DNA of 64,000 bases from assembly GCA_043228905.1 (NCBI GenBank), contig JBHGNT010000013.1:15996001-16060000 (forward strand). The letters are read 5' to 3'. Positions 59,201 to 64,000 of the stretch are shown here, one piece after another (positions within the stretch are counted from its first letter, which is position 1; every line of letters starts with the position of its first letter). The position numbers and the translations under genes were made by a program. The stretch comes from Azolla caroliniana. Its lineage: Eukaryota > Plantae > Polypodiophyta. The notes below the pieces were generated by a model. That model did no database searches. It was not told the origin of the DNA and worked only from the letters and a program-made list of their open reading frames with translations.

Positions 59201-60360
59201 ATACTCAATGCTTACAATGTCAGATTAATAAGTCGAAACGACTTAAAGCCGTGGGTCTTTTACATACCTTAGATATTCCCAACAACAAATGGGAAAGTAT
59301 CTCGATGGATTTTATTGTTAATTTACCTCGTACACAGAGGGGTCATGAGGCCATTTGAATTGTCGTTGACAGACTAACAAAATTGGCTAGATTTATTCCT
59401 ACCAAAACCACGGTAACTGCTTAACAATTGGCTTATCAATTTATTGATGAGTTATTTCGTTTTTATGGATTACCGATGGATATTTTTTATGATCGAGATT
59501 CTAAGTTTACTAGTGATTTTTGCACTCAAGTCTTTAAGAAACTAGAAACTACGTTGAGCATGAGTTCTGCAGATCATCCTCAGTCTGATGGACAAACAGA
59601 ACGAGTTAATCAAATTATTGAGGATATGCTTCGAGCTTATGTAGCAAAAACCCCATCTATGGGGAGCAATACCTTCCTATCTTAGAATTTGCCTGTAATA
59701 GCTCTAAACATACATCCACTGGATATAGTCCTTTTATGTTGATGTATGGTTTTCAGCCACGTGTCCGAGTTGATGTCACGATTCATCGTGATACATTAGA
59801 CAGTACACGCAATTTTTTGCAAGACATGAACCAAATGTTGCATATTGCAAAGAGAATGTTAAGACAGCTCAAGATCGTGCTCGATTTTATGTTGATAAGG
59901 ATAGACATCCTTGTGCATTTACTATTGGTCAAAAAGTTTTTTTGCGTGTCCCTACTGACTCTACGTCATTGTCTACGGGCAAGTGTGCTAAGTTAGCCCC
60001 ACGATATTGTGGCCCATTTGAAATCCTTAAGCGGGTTGGGTCATGTGCTTATCCCTTGCCTTACCCCGTAACGTTGGTATTCATCCTGTTTTTCATGTTA
60101 GTCGTCTAAAAGCATTTTTAGGTTCTAGTGATAACACACCATCACAATCCAAGATTTTGTAACATTAGAGGATTTTTCTTACAAACCTCATGTTCCTGAA
60201 CGAATTCTTGATTCTCGTACTAAACGTTTACGTTCTAAAGAGATTCGGCTATTCAAGATCAAATGGATGGATAAGCCTGTTGATGATGCCACATGGGAAC
60301 GCAAGCACACTCTTAAGGCACAATTTCCTCACTTTATATTGCAAGAGTGCAATCTTTTGA
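56251..60360 (+). pseudogene. gag-pol of chromovirus H with C-terminal chromodomain
   Basis: CAYCKKRGHIEDTC; FNSGSSHNF (protease Asp lost); SPWGAPVLLVKKK, FLDD; KELFAVIHALK.WRHYL; SDGQTERVN; chromodomain PERILDSR...FKIKW...DDATWE at about 60195-60330; integrase N-terminal part deleted near 59210. Confidence 0.92.
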
Positions 60361-60929
60361 AGTAGGGGAGTATGTTATGTACACATAACGTTGGTGAGGG
60401 TAGGTCACCAATATTTACATTAGTGAAGGGTATGTTCACTAATGTTAAAAAGGGGACTACTGATTGGATAGAAGGAATGATATGTGCATGCACTATCATG
60501 ATTTGGACAACCAATGAATGGAGAGCCTTTAGAAAGGCACATCTATTCAAGGGGCCTAGAAAAAGGTATAAATATGAGGCTTAGCTACCCTCATAAGGAC
60601 ATTACGTCGGAAGGCTGCTGTCTCAGACACCGGTGGTGCGGGCTAGGCTTTTGTCTCGACGATCATGTTTATCTCTTCTGAGGTATTAGTCATCGTAATA
60701 TCCGGTGGTATGGTACGTCGGTGGTAGGTTGGCTATGTCTAGATCATAGCTCGGGGGTGGTTGGGTGGAACGAGTTCTTCTATCCATTCTATTTTCCTTC
60801 TTTTACTTTAGTTTGGTCTATTGATTAGTAATAGACTCTTAACAAACAGGAACAGTCACAGAGAGTTCAGCAGAAGGGGGAGCCAACACGCCAGACCAAA
60901 CAATTGTAACAACCTGATCGAATGTGGGT

Positions 60930-60995
60930 TGTAGAAACAAATAGCGTGCGGAAGCAACAGAAAATAGGTTTAATGGAGAGCTTAACAGTACACGG

Positions 60996-61071
<76 letters not shown>

Positions 61072-64000
61072 ACACAGAAACTCAATTCAAAAAATACTAC
61101 TCAATCTGTACATCATATGTGTTCAGTGAACACTTTTATATAAGTCCATCCAGACTTACAAAAGTACGGTGTACTTCAATGCTCACATGAGCGTCTAACA
61201 CTAACTACGAGATATTAACTCCTTAGTAGACTAGCTGCTACTTGGCTTCCGGTTACTGCTTGATCCAGCTAACCGGCACCCCAGCTCACCGACTCACTTG
61301 CTCACCGGCTCACTTGCTCACGGGCTCACCCTTCTAGATGCCGATCCGGCTCAAGCTTATTCAGCCGATCCGGATCCGGTTGAGCTTGCCACTGAGCACT
61401 CCCCCTCAAGCTCAATTTGAGGTCGGATCGTAGTGTCAATCTCTATGGTAGCTGGTCCTTCCACCTGGCTCCTTTTGGTGTCACTCCGCCTCACTCGCGC
61501 TCCTCGTCCGGTCCGGTCCTGTTTGCCGCGACCCTTCTGTTCTTGCGCACCTCGACTTCCTTGGTCGGCTTGTCTACTCAACATGCCCAATTCAGCTCCC
61601 TTGCTGTTGTGACTTTGGCTTTTGCCGATTCGCCGATCCCTTTGTGTTGGCGTCGACTTTTGCTGCCTACTTGTCCTCTTGGCCTTGAATTGATCTGGTT
61701 CTTTTGAATCCTTCTGTAGAACTGAATCGGTTGTCTCCGATTCGTTCCAGCTCTTGTCCGAATCGGTTGCTCCCGATTCGTCTTCTGGTTCCAGGCCCTT
61801 CACCACATCGGACCATGTCCGGGTCTTGGCCTTCTTCTTCCGGTCGGCTCTATCCTTCTTGACTCTGCCTCCGTTGCCGCTTGTTCCGACTTGTTCGGAT
61901 GAGTCAACTTCCTTTGTCGACTGGGCTCCTTTCTTCTTCCTGTCTCTCCCCTAGTCGGTTCTTCCCCCACTGGCGCAATCAGCAGTCTCTTTGCCTTTGC
62001 CTGTTCCGGTGGTGTCTTTGCCCATTCTCCCCTTCAAGTGTGGCATGTCGAGATGCTGAACACCAAGCATTTCGGTGAAGTGTTGCAACTTGTCCGATCC
62101 GAGCGGTTTGGTGAAGATGTCGGCAACTTGCCGATCCGTATGAACATACTGAAGTTCGACTTCACCGCTCAGGACACGCTCACGCACGAAGTGGTAGTGC
62201 ACTTCGATGTGCTTTGTGAGAGCATGGAATACGGGGTTCTTAGCGAGTTGCATGCTACTTATGTTGTTGCAGTAGATCAGGATCGGGTCCGCAGGTCTTG
62301 CAGCAGTCGCCGAAGCCAAATGGCTTCACAGGTGGCAACAATAGTGCCCCGATATTCAGCCTCAGTGCTCGACAAAGCTACTGTTGGCTGCTTTTTGCTG
62401 CTCCACGCAATAACCGCGCTACCAAGGGAAAACCTATAGCCGGAAGTGGAACGACGATCTGATGCATCGCCGGCCCAGTCGACATCCGTGTAGCCGACTA
62501 GCTCTTCGGTCATACCTCGCCGGTATAACAGTCCCTGGTCCTTCATGCCGCTGCGGTCAGCTTCTGCATGAATTGACTAATCACACCGACCGGATAGCTG
62601 ATGTCAGGTCGGGTGATGGTCAAATATATAAGGCTTCTGACAATTTGTCGGAACCGTTTCTCATCGCAGGCTGGTCCGGAGTTGGGACAGAGCTTCTATT
62701 TCCAGTCCAAGGGTGTAGAAATAGGGCGGCATTCCGTCATGCCGAACTTGTACAACATATTCAACACATAGTGTGTTTGTGAGAGCAATATGCCGTCGGG
62801 GGTTCGGATCACCTCGATCCCAAGGAAATAGTGAAGGTCCCCTAGGTCCTTCATCTCAAATGCGTTCGACAGGTGGGACTTGACTCGGCTGATTTCATCG
62901 AGTCCGAGTTCGGTGATGACTAGATCATCAATATACAGCAAGATGCAAACCGGACTGTCCGGACCTTGCTGGATGAACAACGAAGAGTTGTACTTGGAGA
63001 CCGCAAACCCCAACTTATGCAACCGGTGTGTAATCTTTGCATTCCAAGCTTGGGGGCTTGCTTTAGGCCATAAAGTGTCTTCTTCAGCCGGCATATATTT
63101 GACTTCTTCATCTCCGACTGAAAACCGGGAGGTTGGGTCATAAAGACCTCTTCTTCTAGATTGCCTTGAAGAAATGCATTCTTCACGTCTATCTGGTGAA
63201 GATGCCACTCCCTTGCCGCAACAACCACCAACACCACACAAACCGTCTTCATCTTCGCTACCAGAGCGAAGGTCTTGTCGTAGTCGATTCTGTGGGTCTG
63301 CGCGTATCCCTTTGCCACTAACCGGGCCTTGTACTGGTTAACTGAACCGTCGACGTTGTACTTTACCTTGTACACCCACTTGCATCCGATCGGTTTACTG
63401 TGACGGGGAGGGTAAACCAGGTCCCATGTATCGTTGGCATCAAGTGCCCGCATCTCTTCCTCCATAGGGGCACGCCAATTTGCATCCCTTGCCGCTTCTG
63501 TGTAGCTCTCCGGCTCACGCACTTCCGCCACCTGGGTCATGTACGGATAGTGATGCGCCATGTACTCATGGTACCCGTACCGCTTAACAGGTTCCTTCTG
63601 GCGGGTTGACCGGCGTAACCTACCGTTACTCGGTTTGAGGCCTTTCTTGGCCGGTTCGGTCTTCGCTGCCGAAGAGCCGTCATTTTCCTTTCCGGAGTTG
63701 GATCCGCTCTGATCCTACTCATCATTACTGGTTTCATAATCCGACATCTTCTTCTTCCCCTTCTCTTTGCGCGTGAACCGTCTCCTCAGTTCCTTGCGCG
63801 GGGAGAGCACAACAGAGTCTACACTACTCGCCGGTTCCTCTTCTGACTGGTGGGATTGACCCAGTCTCTCGTTCGGCCCACTCAACCGAAACGATTCCGG
63901 ACTCTCTTCTTGAGTCCCGGATTCATCATCTTCTATCTAGACCGGTTCAGGCTCACTAGCCACATCCTCCATATCGGGGTCAGAAGTCGGAGCCAGTAAG
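60930..64000 (-). mobile_element. Copia I: 3' LTR 60930-61398, PPT, extended 3' region, RNase H, RT; continues beyond the window
   Basis: PPT TTGAGGGGGAG next to TGCTCA LTR start; [50 protein letters not shown]; frameshifted; clearly related to family A pol. Confidence 0.93.
60996..61070. repeat. (GA)n microsatellite inside the Copia I LTR
   Basis: Long GA run with one interruption. Confidence 0.9.

Larger units (their letters stand above)
54121..60844 (+). mobile_element. Full-length chromovirus Ty3/Gypsy element H, disabled
   Basis: LTRs 54121-54593 and 60373-60844; TSD GACAG/AACAG; PBS TGGTATCAAAGC at 54595-54606; PPT GAAGTAGGGGAG before 60373. Confidence 0.95.
53066..60929 (+). mobile_element. 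Copia G 5' part (LTR 53066-53296, PBS, gag), split by Gypsy H and then interrupted by Copia I
   Basis: PBS TGGTATTAGAGC at 53297-53308; gag MGSAIPTENLDRMNFASWEYKM from 53411; frame rejoins across Gypsy H as QWQAD|RNSHREFSRRGSQHARPNNCNNLIECG, stopping at the zinc knuckle. Confidence 0.82.

Overview
Repeat-rich nuclear DNA of a land plant; the transposon types suggest a seed-free lineage (fern, lycophyte or bryophyte), which is inference. Three apparently intact host genes: a single-exon 191-aa protein made of the MGGGPRTFPGG N-terminal domain of organellar RH33/RH48-type DEAD-box helicases (18369-18944, minus), a two-exon PMEI-PME pectin methylesterase (23249-27660, plus) and a single-exon ZF-HD transcription factor (31353-32462, minus). 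There is also a decayed SAC/FIG4 phosphoinositide phosphatase fragment (about 12.9-13.4 kb). The first 17 kb holds L1-type and RTE-superfamily LINE remnants, a tandem pair of short elements with convergent tRNA-like heads, and an intact, very young Ty1/Copia element (6963-12383). From 37.4 kb to the end is a deeply nested LTR-retrotransposon block that can largely be unpicked from target-site duplications. It includes a GC-rich non-chromovirus Gypsy with a tRNA-Trp primer site, a 4-bp TSD and a candidate -1 frameshift after protease, a chromovirus Gypsy, several solo LTRs and a Copia whose pol frame runs about 220 codons past RNase H. No clearly new multi-gene system is evident; the best leads are non-coding or translational features of the transposons. 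All alignments and counts were done by eye.
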